Notes: a model not told the origin generated them from the letters alone. Shown: positions 25,827 to 39,045, counted from the first letter of the whole stretch. The stretch: DNA of 63,323 nucleotides, filler included, from Octopus bimaculoides (GCF_001194135.2; 3 parts of 3 records of this genome joined end to end with filler, not necessarily neighbours in it); one strand, 5' to 3'. A program made the numbers and translations.

Positions 25827-27960
25827 TTATCTGTTCATGATTAGGATGTCCAAAAAGGATAACTGTTTGTGACTGTCTTCCATTGTAAATTCGATACTGT
25901 GGTTAATGTTCTTAATTAAGTTTTTAAACTCCAAGAGTTGATGAACATTATGTGACCACAGAATGAAACAATCGTCTATGTGGAATTTCAAATTGGTGGG
26001 TATATTATTGGAAGTCATCGCCTAATTTCAGTTTGGCATGTTCGTATATTTGGACTTCGAAATATGTCATTTTAACAAAAGTGGGGGCTCCTCTCGTTTT
26101 CATCACAGTCCCAGACATTTTTCTGTAGGTACTGTCGTTGAAGTTGGAAAAGTTATTTTGTCGGATGGATTTTAATTCTTTAATGTTAGGCCCTTTCCAA
26201 TTCAGTCAGGAATTCCTGTCAGAATTCTATAGCGTTTTCCGTATTCATGCGGAATTGCGGTGTAGAATGAAACAAAATGAGACTCCGTGCTGGTTTTCCT
26301 CGGGAGATGGTTTAAAACATCATCTCTCATGAAGCTCAGTACAAGACTGGATTTCGGCCGAAGAATGGATTTTAGGAGAACGTCAACGAAGTTGCTCAGT
26401 CTCTGTGTCTCACAGAACGGACCTGTTGCAATTGGTCTCATTTTGAGATCTCTGGGATTTGACATATTAATAATCAGTGAGGTTGATCTGCTACAGGCTT
26501 CATTTATGACTTTTCACTCTTGTGAATATTTGAAAATCCGTAAAAGTAGCTGGTTTTGTAATCAAATCTTGTTAAGTAGTCTTTTTCCTTTTCCGTTAAA
26601 TAGTTTTGAAGCTGTTGGATGAGGGTAGTGAGATTTTTCATTATTTTGTTGATCGTTAATTTTTCCATAAGTGTTGTCTCAAAGAAGAGCTAGTATAGGG
26701 CTTTCCTATAAGTAGGTTATCTCCCTTGGCTAGGCGGCGCTCTATGTAGATAATTAAACTTCCGCAGACTACCCACGCCATTGTTATTGTTTTACGTCTT
26801 ATCATGGATATAAAGCAGCTTGATGATTCAGCTATCGAAGTACTTACTGTGCTTGAGTTAAAGAAATATTTAAGATTATATGGACAGTATGTTACTGGAA
26901 GAAAGGCGGACTTGACTGAAAGGTTGAAAGGAATAAAAATTCTGTCGATGAAGAATGTCAACAAAGTAAATTCATCGGACGATAAGTCTGAAATATCGGA
27001 CGATACTTCAGACAGGAATAAGCAGAAGCTTATATCTCCTCTCGGTGAAGTATTGCNNNNNNNNNNNNNNNNNNNNNNNNNNNNNNNNNNNNNNNNNNNN
27101 NNNNNNAAGATTTTTGTAAGTTGCCGAATTTCACAGATAATGACATAATTACCTCGTGCTACGGGTGAAAGCAAAGCAACAGTTAAGGAGTGGCATATTT
27201 TACCACGACAGACACGTACACAGCATCGAATACCACGATGTGAGTGAAAGCTGCTCTCACTATATTGTCCGGTGTCTGGTAATCCCTTCAATACCGACAT
27301 CAAACCAAAAAAAGAATCCTGACCACAGAGTGTGGGTAATTATGTCAAAGGTTACTGGCAATGTGCATTCAGCTGATTGCAACTGTTAAAGCAAGTCACT
27401 GAGCATGCGTGCATGTCATACGGGAGAGTTCCAATCAGGGGTGGATAACAACCTTATAGGAACCCCCTATAGTGTTTATGTATTGTTCCGAATTCATAAT
27501 GACTACAGTGCTACCTTTATCAGCTTCTTTGGTAACTATATTTTGATCCCCCTTGAGGTTATTAATGATCTTCCATCCTTCTCAGCTTGCATTTTGTTTA
27601 AATTTCGGATGTGGTCATAAATTGTAGGGGCAATTAGTTGCAAAATCACATAATTTATCCAGAGTTTGGTTCCTTCCTTTGGTCGAACTTTTATAATGAA
27701 GCATTGAGTGATCATTGATTTCTTTGTCAAATGAGTCTTTCGTTACCCTAATCTTTCTACAAAAGTCCTTCACATCGTTCTGTATTTCATATATGCTGGA
27801 AATTCGTGGTGTACGGATGAAATTTAGCCATTTCAAAAGAAGCTTAATTTGTTGGGTTGACAGGGGTTTATGTGTGAGATAACCTTCAGAATCTCACATT
27901 TGGTCTGTACCATGGAGTGTCTTGGTTTCTCCCCACTATATCTAAAACTTGATTCCTCAG
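25827..27960 (-). mobile_element. Degenerate Penelope-like reverse transcriptase, interrupted at 26697-27468
   Basis: PLE RT motifs in order: IVTKEADKGSTVVIMN; MRPIATGPFCETQRLSNFVDVLLK; FYTAIPHEYG; YLQK..GTVM..APT; FHIDDCFILW; IEFTMEDS...LSFLDILI. Many stops and frameshifts. Confidence 0.88.
26697..27468 (+). mobile_element. Internally deleted DNA transposon encoding SAP and SWIM domains (ISL2EU-like)
   Basis: 25-bp TIRs AGGGCTTTCCTATAAGTAGGTTATC / AGGGGGTTCCTATAAGGTTGTTATC (20/25 identical), AT on both flanks. SAP: LTVLELKKYLRLYGQYVTGRKADLTERL. SWIM: HSADCNC followed, after a +1 shift, by KASH*ACVHV. Confidence 0.8.
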
Positions 27961-28225
27961 CTTTTCGTTCATCGAATTAGTGTTCCTGTTGGTTGCTCTT
28001 CAATAAACATATGCTTCAGAACAAAGTGTCAGTCGAATGCAAAGTATTAACAAGACACTAAATGACAAGGGAATAAGAAATTATGTCATAAACTTCATTA
28101 GCTTACAGTTGGTTATGCTTTAGGATGAAATGCACTTATAAGTGAATGCTTCTGCATCACTCTACAGATTTATCGGAGCTTCGAAAATGATGTGCAATTT
28201 TATTTGGGGGAGCGTTTACATTTAT

Positions 28226-28318
<93 letters not shown>

Positions 28319-28639
28319 TTTGTACAAAAGCATAAATTTTCTGTAAAAGATAATTTCGGATGTATTTCTGAAACGAGATGGAAGCGCTAAATAAATTATT
28401 ACCCCAAATTCTGACTACCTTTTTTTAATGTCAAAAATATAGATTCAGATGAAATAGGTACTTAAGTTGAGGCACCAGAATTTAGTACGGTATTATCCAT
28501 ACAATTTCATAATAAGGTAATTAAGATCAAAATAAGCAACAAGGATATCCAGAGGTATTGCAGTACGATTGTTTCAAGCTACTCTATTTAAATGAACAAT
28601 GCAATCATTACATCAATTTAAATGCAAAGCAATCCTCAG

Positions 28640-29250
28640 CTGCATAGAGACATAAAATTGAATTAAATTAAAACATATGGACACATTAGTATAAACAATA
28701 CTTACCGAATGACAATATCCGCCCTCACTTATAGATGAGGGAATTAAACGTGCCAAAAAATTAGACATAAAAGCACTAATAACAACAAAACATAACACCA
28801 CACCTCATCTCAATACACTAATATTTATATCAACACACAACTCCAGAAACAGTGAGGTATTCAACGCTTGTGCAAAATCTTCCTTTACTAACTAGAGATC
28901 CAAAAATGGACGACATCCTGAAAATGCACAAACTTATCAAATGCAAAAAGCAACACAAATCACTAAAGAGACTGCTAACAAATGCGAAGCTTTACAAAAC
29001 AACCACGAAACCAACGGTTAAAAAGTGTGTACACCCAAACTGTGGAACCTGCCCCAACTTACTTGAAGGCTCGAATTTCCTTTTCAAACAAGGACAGAGG
29101 TTCACAAATAAAGCTACTTTCACTTGTGCCTCTGAGAACCTAATATATGTAATAGGCTGCTCAGGTTGCGGACACAACTATATTGGACAGACGAGTATGA
29201 CCATGAGACGAAGAACGACTCTACATAAAGAGCAAATCCGTTTCCTCTAA
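28640..29250 (+). mobile_element. Penelope-like linker and GIY-YIG endonuclease remnant
   Basis: QYPPSLIDEGIKRAKKLD linker; KCVHPNCGTC zinc motif; FTCASENLIYVIGCSGCGHNYIGQTSMTMRRRTTLHK. Confidence 0.88.
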
Positions 29251-29670
29251 CTTAGTTAATGTATACACACACACACACACACACATATATATGTATNNNN
29301 NNNNNNNNNNNNNNNNNNNNNNNNNNNNNNNNNNNNNNNNTTAATTAATTAANNNNNNNNNNNNNNNNNNNNNNNNNNNNNNNNNNNNNNNNNNNNGGCA
29401 TTTGAAGAAATACTCTTATCACCATTTTTGCATTCCTGGATGCATAAAGAAAAAAAAAACCACGCTAACTTCGCTCAGGTTAAATAAAGATATATGGCTC
29501 AATATTATTTGACTTAATCTAAATTTGCACAGTTTGTTGATATTTGTTTAGTATTGACTTTCAGGTTTAAACATATTCACATCACTATTTGTCCAAAGAT
29601 ATTTTCTCCTGCAGCGCATATGATCAGTTGTTGTTTTGTAATTACCTGCTTTTCTCAACAGNNNNNNNNN

Positions 29671-29671
29671 N

Positions 29672-29746
<75 letters not shown>

Positions 29747-29970
29747 AAGAAGAAGAAGAAGAAGAAGAAGAAGAAGAAGAAGAAGAAGAAGAAGAAGAAG
29801 AAGAAGAAGAATTGATAGCTTTCACTGCTCCCTCACTCAATAATAACAACTACATCATTATTATTATCATTAATGATAATAACAATAATAATAATAATAA
29901 TAGTAATAATAATAATAATAATGAAAATAATAATAATAATAATAATGAAAATAATAATAATAATAATAAT
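29671..29970. repeat. Compound (AAT)n(AAG)n...(AAT)n microsatellite
   Basis: Directly visible. Confidence 0.95.
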
Positions 29971-30463
29971 AATTTCCCAGTAATCTCTATTTTGTTTATA
30001 GTTAATGCGTTTAGTGTTATGCTTTCTCACTATTGCTCTTCCAAAACAAATTTATCAGATTTGTAAACTAGGCTCGTCTTTTCCTGGCAAAATATTTTCT
30101 GAAGGTGTGTTGTATTAATATTGCTAATTTTATTATCATTACATCTTTAAGTAAACATCTTTCTCTCTATAATGTCGCTGGTCTTTATTCACTGCCCTGT
30201 TTCCGTATACGCCATTGATCTGTATTTCTTCTATTCATATCTATTGGTACGAGTTTTCATTTCTCCACTGGTTAAGTGCGTATTGTGTGGAAGAGAATTT
30301 AAAGGATACTCTAAGAATGCTTTGTTGCAAGAAAGGCTTTTACGCTGATGTGATAACTCACAAGTGTTAAACCCATAAGGGAATTCGTATCTGTTCTCAG
30401 ATATTAAGATTTAGATGATGCATAAAACCTAAGAATATGTTACTACTACTACTACTACTACTA

Positions 30464-30499
<36 letters not shown>

Positions 30500-30501
<2 letters not shown>

Positions 30502-30715
30502 GATACTAATTGTTTATGATTTTGGCACAAAGCCAGTGATCGTAGCGAATAAATGCATATCAATGACCCAGTACTAGATTCGAACTGTATTTTATCGGTC
30601 ACAAAACGATGAAGGACAAAGCTGCCGTCGGCTGGGTGTGAACGCAGAGCGTAAAGAGCCAAGAAGAAACAGCGAAAAATATTTCTCCGCTGTTCTTTAT
30701 GAATCCTCCAATCCA
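30500..30715 (-). mobile_element. SINE family S1 (diverged)
   Basis: Diverged core; a further partial copy lies at about 30725-30850. Confidence 0.65.
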
Positions 30716-31224
30716 CCAATCTTTTAGTATTTCAAATATAGGCACCACAATGCCAGAAATATGCTGGAAGGCGCGAGTGGCTCAAGTCACCGCTACCCTA
30801 GAAATAAACTGATACTATATTTTATCGAACCCGGAAGGATAAAAGGCAAAATGACTGTTGTGCTTGTGTATGTCTGTCTGTGTGTATTTTGTCCTGAGTT
30901 TTTCCGTTGACGCTACTTTGGTAGCGGTGATGGTTAGTGGAAGCTTTGGCAAGGTTCTTCAATTTTCTTAAGTATTCGATCGTCACTGGTTTTCTTCTCC
31001 CTGGCCCCCGCTTCAACTTTATGCAATCGACCTTTTTTCTCTTCCTTGATGTATGACGACGAATCGGGGATAAAGAAGTATGAAGGACGAGGCAGTGATA
31101 TGTTAGACATATGTGTGTGTTTTTGTGTTGTTTTCTGTAGTTTAATCGCATTTTACAATGGTCGCCGGTTCGATATTTTTATGCTCACTTGTGACATTTA
31201 AAAGTATGCCGTTTTTTTTTCTTT

Positions 31225-31636
31225 TACTTGTCTCAGGCATTACATTGCGGCCAATCTGGAGCACTGTCTTCAAGATTTTTTTGCCAAATGAATCGACCCC
31301 GGGATTTACTTTTTAAAGACTGGTACTAAAGATATCGGTCTTTTGCCGAACCGCCAGGTTACGAGAACGTAAGCATGCCAACATCGATTGTCAAGCGACG
31401 GTGGAAACAAACGCACACACATATGTGTATACATACATACATACATACATACATACATACATACGTACATAGTTACCGCCTTTTAGTTACCGTCTACTAA
31501 AGCCAGTTCCACTCACAAAGCTTTGGGCAATCTGAGACTATAGTAGAAGACAACTACCCAAGGTACCACGCAGTGGGTCTGCGCTCGGAATTAAGTGGCT
31601 GAGAAGTCGGTTTCCAACCATGGAGCCACGCCTGCA
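31225..31636 (-). mobile_element. SINE family S3 with an internal (TACA)n
   Basis: Same head and tail modules. Confidence 0.75.
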
Positions 31637-32104
31637 CCTCTCTCTCTCTCTCAATATGTTTTTTCTAGATGTGATTATGATATTTGCCTGCAGGAATTTC
31701 CTGCAGATGGCTTTCCCTTTCTCCTCTGTTTTATTCTTTCTTCAATCCATTTTAACTACTTTCGTGTCTTTTCATTACACAGAATAAGCATGCTCTTCGC
31801 TCAGCATTTAGTCCTCATAAATAAGTCTGTACTTCTCTCTATACTGAAAGTAACCTTGTTTTTCTTTCTTTTTCGTTTACATTTTTAATCGGTTTAGAAA
31901 CTTTTTGCTTTTTAGAGAGGACATTGTATAATTCGTCTCTACCTCTTTTTAGACCATCGCAAGTTTTACTAAACTTCTTTCTCTATTTTTCATAGCGATG
32001 TACAGGTTATTTGCTTTGGTCTACTTTTGGATGATGTAGTATGATTTTTTTCGTTGTTTTCTTCTTCATGTGTCTGCTTTTTCTCCTCTTTAGTGTTTAC
32101 GCTT

Positions 32105-32345
32105 ATGAAGGCGTGTTTCACGCACCATCGCTAGATTCCCGGACCCGGCGGCGCGTTGTTTTCTTGAGCAAAAATCTTCATTTCACGTTGCTCCAGTTCA
32201 CTCACCTGAAAATGGTTAACTCTGCGATGGACTAGTCTTCCGATCAATGGAAATGTTGGCCTGCTCGCCCAGCCAGCAAGGTGGAATCATTCGAAAGCTA
32301 AAACAACGTGAAGCGCATTGTGACCAGCGATGTATAACAACATCG
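32105..32345 (+). mobile_element. SINE S2 (5' degraded)
   Basis: TTTTCTTGAGCAAAAATCTTCATTTCACGTTGCTCCAG body. Confidence 0.65.
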
Positions 32346-32898
32346 ATACCATGATATATTTAGGTATACCACATTGGAGTTGTAGCTTGTTGCAGGGAAC
32401 AAAGTAGTGTTAAATGCTTCTATTTTGTGTTTCGAGCAGAGTTCGTTCTTTAGAATATTCCTAATTCACGGAATATATTCATTTCCGATTGGTTCTTTCA
32501 TACCAATATATATGTGTGCCTTCGCTGATTCTCATATACCTGTACGCGTATTACCAAGTTCTTAATATCTGATTCATTTCATACTTAGCATTTTTCGGGC
32601 TTGAGGGGGCTTTCGAAGTGGCTTAGCATATTTCTAAACCGAACATCCAAACTGATATCGAAATTTTTTCCAACTGTCTTCGTTTGGAATATAATTTGAT
32701 TCCATCTACTCATAGTATATGACTGATCTAGCCCTTCCCAATCTTGTAGCCTCTTGCTGTACCCCTGAGGTTGCACTTAGCTGGAAAAAAGCGCCAGACA
32801 GCCCAATGGTGGGTAGAACGAATCTTTTTGGACTCTTCCAATTTTGTAGAATTTCTAATCCTATCAGATACCGCCTTTGTGATTTAATACACTACTTA

Positions 32899-33224
32899 AC
32901 TGACACTGCGTCGGTTACGACGACGAGGGTTCCAGTTGATCTAATCAACGGAACAGCCTACTCGCGAAATTAACGTGCAAGTGGCTGAGTACTCCACAGA
33001 CACGCGTACCCTTAACGTAGTTCCCAGAGAGATTCAGCGTGACTCAGAATGCGACAAAAGCTGGCCCTTTAGATTACAGTTACTACTCATTTTTACCAGC
33101 TGAGTGGACTCGGGCAACGGGAAATAAAGTGTCTTCCTCAAGGGTACGACATGCTGCCGGGGATTGAACTCACGATCTTGTGATCGTGAGCCGAATACCC
33201 TAACCATTAAGCCAAGCGCCTTCA
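32899..33224 (-). mobile_element. SINE S2 with the shared LINE-like tail
   Basis: tRNA head, CORE-like body, and the tail ACTACGTTAAGGGTAC...AACTGGAACCC. Confidence 0.8.
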
Positions 33225-33399
33225 TATATACCCCATTTAGTACTATTTTGATATGCTACCTTCTATTATTTATATAATGTGTTATTTTATATATCTTCAA
33301 AGACTCGAGGAGCCATTATACGCTATCATTCTTTTTATAAACAAATCATTCAGTAGAAGTTCTTGCTTTTGTCTGATGTTTTCTATCATAGATTTATAA

Positions 33400-35500
33400 A
33401 TCAGATCTTGGTCTTTACAATCATATAAGTTCTCTCGGCAAGTGTTCTGTTTTTCATGTTGAAAATCTTTTCGATGAGAGTCTTTAGATATGTCTTACTG
33501 CTTAGTGTCAATATCTTCGTTCATATTAAAAGACGTCATATAATAGGTCTACATTTTTTTTCGGAACACCATTGTCTTCCTTATTCAGACACCAACGATT
33601 CTGCTTACTACACATGCTGTGACGTGCACAGATAGTTCGGTTGGAACCTTTTATATATTTTCTATTTATTTGCTTTGTAATTATGTCAAATAATACACAA
33701 TTAGCTTGTTTGGTTAAGTCCGTTTTAGAACTTCTAATTTATCAATATTTTTGTTATTATTGCGAGGAACTTTGCAGAGGGGGATATTATCCTCCAGTAA
33801 ATTTTATTAAAGGATGACAAGTAGATCAGAATGATAAAATTGATACGTAACTGAGGGAACAATTTTGCTTTGAAGGTGACGTCAAAAACTGCAAGGGAAC
33901 ATTTTACTTTGATGTGTCATTGCAATCGGAGGTTCCTTGCACAGTGTCCCAAATCATTCTATATGGTTGCTCCCATTTTGGGAATTCTTTTCGTTGTTAT
34001 TGTAGTTTTATATTGGTATTGCCGTTTATTGTTATCTATTTTTAATACTCTGTTATCGTAATTGTGGCTTTCATTGATTTACTCAATATAAGATTCACGC
34101 TGTTTCTTTATTTTTCATTTACATAATGTTCACTTTTGTATTGTCAGCGATGCCTTGTGGCCAATCGGTAAATCAATATCGTTTCTTTCTCTTTCAACTG
34201 ATTGATGCTAGCTCCTCCTGCACCTCACCACTGGGTGCACCTCTATCTTCCCGTGGGCAGCAACAGCTTTTCCAGGCTTATCATTGTGCTTTTATATGAC
34301 ATCAGCCTCGTTGTGCGTTTGTTTAGTTGTTTCTGTTTCACGTCTCTGGCCTGGAATCGTGGCAATGTGAAATGTTCTATTTTGTTCTTGAGTTGAATTA
34401 CATAATATAGCATCAGGTGGTCATTGATTATTAGTTGTGTATGGAATGTCGGCAATGTTATAGTATCAAGTATCAATTTTGTAAGAGTATTACTTATGCT
34501 GTTTTAATGGACGGTGCCGTATATTCCTGCGCGTTATGTTATATATTTGTGTACTGGTTATGTTGAAAATATATGGGAGATGAGCAGAAACTTCATTGTA
34601 TTAATTGTACTGTTGCAGTGAAATTTTCTTTCACAGACTACAAGCTGCACTTGGTTATGACATTGGGGGGGGGGGGGGAGTGGTGAATTTTATGTAAAGC
34701 TGTTCGCCCTGGTTTCCGCTTTTCTTTAATTTCTTATTGTCATTTAAAGAAACGCAGTTATTATTGATTCTGTCGACGTCTACAACATCCCATCTATTTT
34801 CATTTCGAGAAACTTGTGCATTTATCGTTTCTTGTCTTCCTTCGGGGTGAAGTTTTAATCAGACGGAATCGAAAGATGTCTGAGTAGAAATTTTTCCTCG
34901 CATTGATTGTTATGTCTCGATGGGTCACTTTCGATATATTTTCAGTGTGGACGGAAATAGCCTTCATTATTGTAACCGGGTCATTGTCAAGTACTATTTT
35001 TCATGTTTGTTTATTCCACTTCCCATTTTCTCCATTAAATGCTGGCATTATCACCTAATATCCTTCGCTGCCGACTTGATCTTATAATTTGGATTATACA
35101 CAGACTTTGAAAGAAACTTAGCAGCCTTAAATGATGTTTTCAACTTGCTAAATTAACTTAAATGATGTTTTCAATTTGCTAATTAACTTTTCCGTGGTGT
35201 TCTTATATTTGTTGTTTGCAGGTAGGAATTGATCTTATGCACTGACGGTCAGGCTTCCACGTCATCTTTTAACCTCAAGCGTTTAAGAAACGATTAGCTT
35301 TCACTCTGACTTACTTCTTCATGCTGTCTTGTCTTGTATTGGCCATGGAGTGGCTTTTTTCTCTCCATTTTCTTTTCAGCATATTTTGCCTTTTTGCACT
35401 TTAAAGATTTTCCGTCTTGTTGCCCTCATCAAAAGAGTTATTGTTTCCTTGAATAAAGAGAAAACTTGTTTTAGTCTTCTTCATGTTCTCTTTTGACATT
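33400..35500 (-). mobile_element. Probable decayed LINE (RTE-like)
   Basis: Weak motifs LSSFNKIYWRII and GV*IRKTMVF on the minus strand; tentative. Confidence 0.25.
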
Positions 35501-36257
35501 AATCAGATTTCCTTTGCTTATTTCTATGATTCTAGCCCCACTTTGTTATTTAGTAGTAGATCGCTATTTATAACAGCCCTCTTCTGCCCTATGTGTGTAG
35601 AAGGTATATTTCATCTTTATTTGCTGTAGCCTGGTGCTTTCAGTTTGCTATTTGGAATCTAATTTTTCAATTCATATTACGCAAAAATGATTATTCTAAA
35701 AACCTAAATGATATTTCGGGTGGTTTGTGTATTTAAAACTCATCTGTTACTAACTTTTTTCCTATATTAGACTAATTCTCTCTTGTATTATTCATTTCTA
35801 ATTTGCTCCGTGTCTTTGTGCTGTATCATATTGCATTCTTCAAGTCTCAGGTAGTTCTGTAGTTGTTTGAGATATGATTCTGATATCACTACGTAATTTT
35901 AATTCAATGCTTTATATTTTAGTTAATTTGACTCATATAGCCTTGGCACATTTCTCTTGTATCATACGAAGCTTTATATTTCGGCTGCATTTATAAACAA
36001 TTTCAATAGGCTTTCCAACTGAATGCTGACCCCTGTAATTGGTTGTTAAATAATCTACGAAGAAGTGGTAAATTAAAACGCTATCTGTGATTTCATTTAG
36101 CAGAATTGTTAACGGGGTTAGAGCTAAGAGCTAAGATTCTTTCTATTTTAATTATCTTCTGTTTGCTTTGTGGCAATGTTGACATGCTATGTTAATATTA
36201 GAGCTTAATAGTACTGTTGTAATCGTATTTATTATTCCTATTGCTATTATTATCATT

Positions 36258-36288
<31 letters not shown>

Positions 36289-36904
36289 TTATTATTATTA
36301 TTGTTATTGCTGTTGTGGCCCTTGTGGCTAATAAAAAAATAAATTATTGTTGTTGTTACTTCGTTTTATACGAGCTGTTCCAAGTCTCACCCGGAGACTC
36401 AAGTAGCAGCAAGCTGGACGTTTCACGATGGGTTATATTTATGATTAGTAATGACATATTGTGGAGGAAAGAGACTGGAATCTGAGGACAAAAATCCTAT
36501 GAAATTTGTAATATTTCTGTTTTGAAAGACTTGTAAAGGAATCAGGTATTTTCAGCTTCATAATATTTTTCTTGGCTATTATCATTATTAGTGGTATTGT
36601 TATTTTTCTTTCTACCTCGGGATTTGCATGCATATTGGTCTTGCTACCTGCAGCCTACGGAACTATGCTATCTGTTCTTTTCAACTATCAAGTACTTGCG
36701 TGATGATTTTGGTCATGTTTGGAAGGCAGAGCTTTTATAGCAGTTCTACTGGGTACTCTATTCCGATTTCGAACAACTTACAGTTAATAGACAAAATTAC
36801 GCATCTCTGGTGCCACAGCCTTTTCATAAATTGCAGTTAGGTTCAGAATACAAACGTCATGCAAAAGGTTGATTATTTCTAAATTTAAAAGTAAGACATT
36901 ATAG

Positions 36905-37085
36905 CGAACTTTACATTCTGAGTTCAAATTCCGCCGGGATCGACTTTGCTTTGCATCCGAATCGATAAAATAAGTAAAAGTTGCGCATTGTGGGGGGGGN
37001 NNNNNNNNNGGGGGGGGGGGTCGATGTCATCCAGTTACCGCCTCACCGAAATCGCTGGCCTTGTGTTAAAATGTGAAACCATTAT
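36905..37085 (+). mobile_element. SINE family S1 (5'-truncated)
   Basis: Same core, interrupted by an N gap. Confidence 0.75.
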
Positions 37086-37629
37086 AATTAACATGTAAAA
37101 CGAATGATGATGGTGATGATGATGGTGATGATCATGATGATCATGATGATGGTGATAATGGTGAGGAAAAATTCTCCAAATAAACCATTGTTTCTATGAG
37201 TGGAGATGAAGGAAAATTATGAATTTATGTAAAAAACCAAAACCAAAAAATCCTGTGAAACGAAACATTACATCATTTTTGACTTTCAAACATTTTCCCT
37301 TTTTCAAATTAATAGACCGTTTGTAAAGAGATAATAACAAAAAAATGTCCAAATTTCTTAAATACATCATTTACACTTTAAGTATATGTTGATAATGATG
37401 ATAAGTGAGCAACAAATTGATTTTATTACTGATCAAAGATATGATATTTTAAAAATGTGTTGCGTAAATGAAGATTAAGCTGATGCTGTCGACTACCAAG
37501 CTTCTATTGTAGAAAAATCAATTATGTGATATATNNNNNNNNNNTATGTGACACACGAAACCTGTGTCCTTTATAACCTTCGAACATGTATGTAATTGTG
37601 TGTAATTGTGTGTATGTGTACTACGTGTG

Positions 37630-37721
37630 TGTGCGCGTGTATGTATATATAGATATGTATATATTTGTGTTTGTGTGTGTGTGCACGCGCGTGTGTATGT
37701 ATATATGCATATGTATATATT

Positions 37722-37759
<38 letters not shown>

Positions 37760-37853
37760 CGCGTGTGCGTGTATACATGCAAATGTATATATTTGTGTTT
37801 GTGTGTGTGCACGCGCGTGTGTATGTAGATATGCATATGTATATATTGTTGCA

Positions 37854-37898
<45 letters not shown>

Positions 37899-37900
37899 AC
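37630..37900. repeat. Minisatellite built from dinucleotide repeats, about 4 units of 55-70 bp
   Basis: Recurring ATGTATATATTTGTGTTTG(TG)n(C)ACGCGCGTGTG. Confidence 0.8.
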
Positions 37901-38400
37901 GTGTGTACACAAAGTGAGAGAGAGAGAGAGAGAAAGAAAGAGAGAGAAAAAGAAAGAGAGAGAGAATAATAACGTATAAATTAAGGTAAATATTAGAATA
38001 CAAAATTAGCTTACGAAGAAATTTATCACAATTCAGTTTCTTGGTTCTAACGTTTGAGGTAGATTTTGTTTCTGTTAAGATACAAGTGAGCTCTAAATGT
38101 CTACGTCGATGACCAAAGACGTTCCAAACGTGATCATCCTGTTCTTATGTATCAGGCATTACAGCATCCAATATATCCCACTGTCATCAAAACGGTAAAA
38201 TTTGATTTTAGGGAGACCTGACTAATATTTCTTGTAGGTCTTATCACCGTGTAGAGGCTTTCTTTTGGTAAATCCACTAACATAATAAGTTCTTTTTTAC
38301 TCTCATTATGTGTTACGTTTGTTTTTTTTAGAAAGTAAAAATAATAATTAATTGATTAATGAAAATAACTTTAAAATATTTTCTATTCTTTCGTTTCCAG

Positions 38401-38499
38401 GTTGTTATCATGTTGGTTTCGATCCTTTTTGTTTTCGGCATTTGCTGGTTACCCTATCTAATATCACTGTTATATTCAGAATATAAAAGTTCCGATGAG
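38401..38499 (+). CDS. Class A GPCR, TM6 exon (VVIMLVSILFVFGICWLPYLISLLYSEYKSSDE)
   Basis: Acceptor tttcgtttccag|GTT, donor GAG|gtaagt, 99 nt, phase 0 at both ends; hydrophobic helix with the CWLP motif. Confidence 0.92.
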
Positions 38500-38747
38500 G
38501 TAAGTTACATTTTGGATAAAATTGCTTTTCTTACGAATGATATTATATTTCTTGTAAACGTTTGAACCACTGATTCTCGACCGGAGCCCCTATCGCCCTT
38601 AGGGGGCCATATAAGATTTTGTCGCTAAAATTTACGTGCCGTAAATATATTCATTTATTCATTTACCTGTTTCAGTCATTTGACTGCAGGCATGTTGGAG
38701 CACCACCTTTAGTCGAACAAAGCGACTCCAGGACTTATTCTTTGTAA

Positions 38748-38896
38748 CTTTATTTACATTATTTATATTTGATGGATATTTGTCCTCATCTTGTTCGTTG
38801 TTAAAACAACGTTTCGGCTGATATACTCTCCAGCCCTCATCAGGTGTCTTGGGGAAATTTCGAACCTGGGTTCTCATTCCTAAGGTATTTTTCAAC

Positions 38897-38973
<77 letters not shown>

Positions 38974-39045
38974 AGTCACTGCCTGGAATCGAACTCGGAA
39001 TCTTGGGGTTAGTAGCCCGCACTCTTAACCACTATGCCATATGTA
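38748..39045 (-). mobile_element. tRNA-headed SINE-like element with (AAT)n spacer and hammerhead-bearing tail
   Basis: Minus strand: A box TGGCATAGTGG, B box GTTCGATTCC, (AAT)n, then a tail with the HHR core. Flanked by TTATTCTTT(G/T)TAA at 38735-38747 and 39046-39058, and it interrupts an older SINE. Confidence 0.8.
38803..38848 (-). ncRNA. Minimal type I hammerhead ribozyme motif (family B)
   Basis: GACAC-CTGATGA-G-GGCTG-[10 nt]-CAGCC-GAAA-CGTT-GTTTT: intact core, 5-bp stem II, palindromic AACGTT stem III, one mismatch in stem I. Confidence 0.7.

Noticed and set aside
29297-29396. TTAATTAATTAA between two runs of 44 N (also at 56031-56130)
   Set aside because: Identical 100-bp construct at two sites with stops in all frames: an assembly spacer, not biology.
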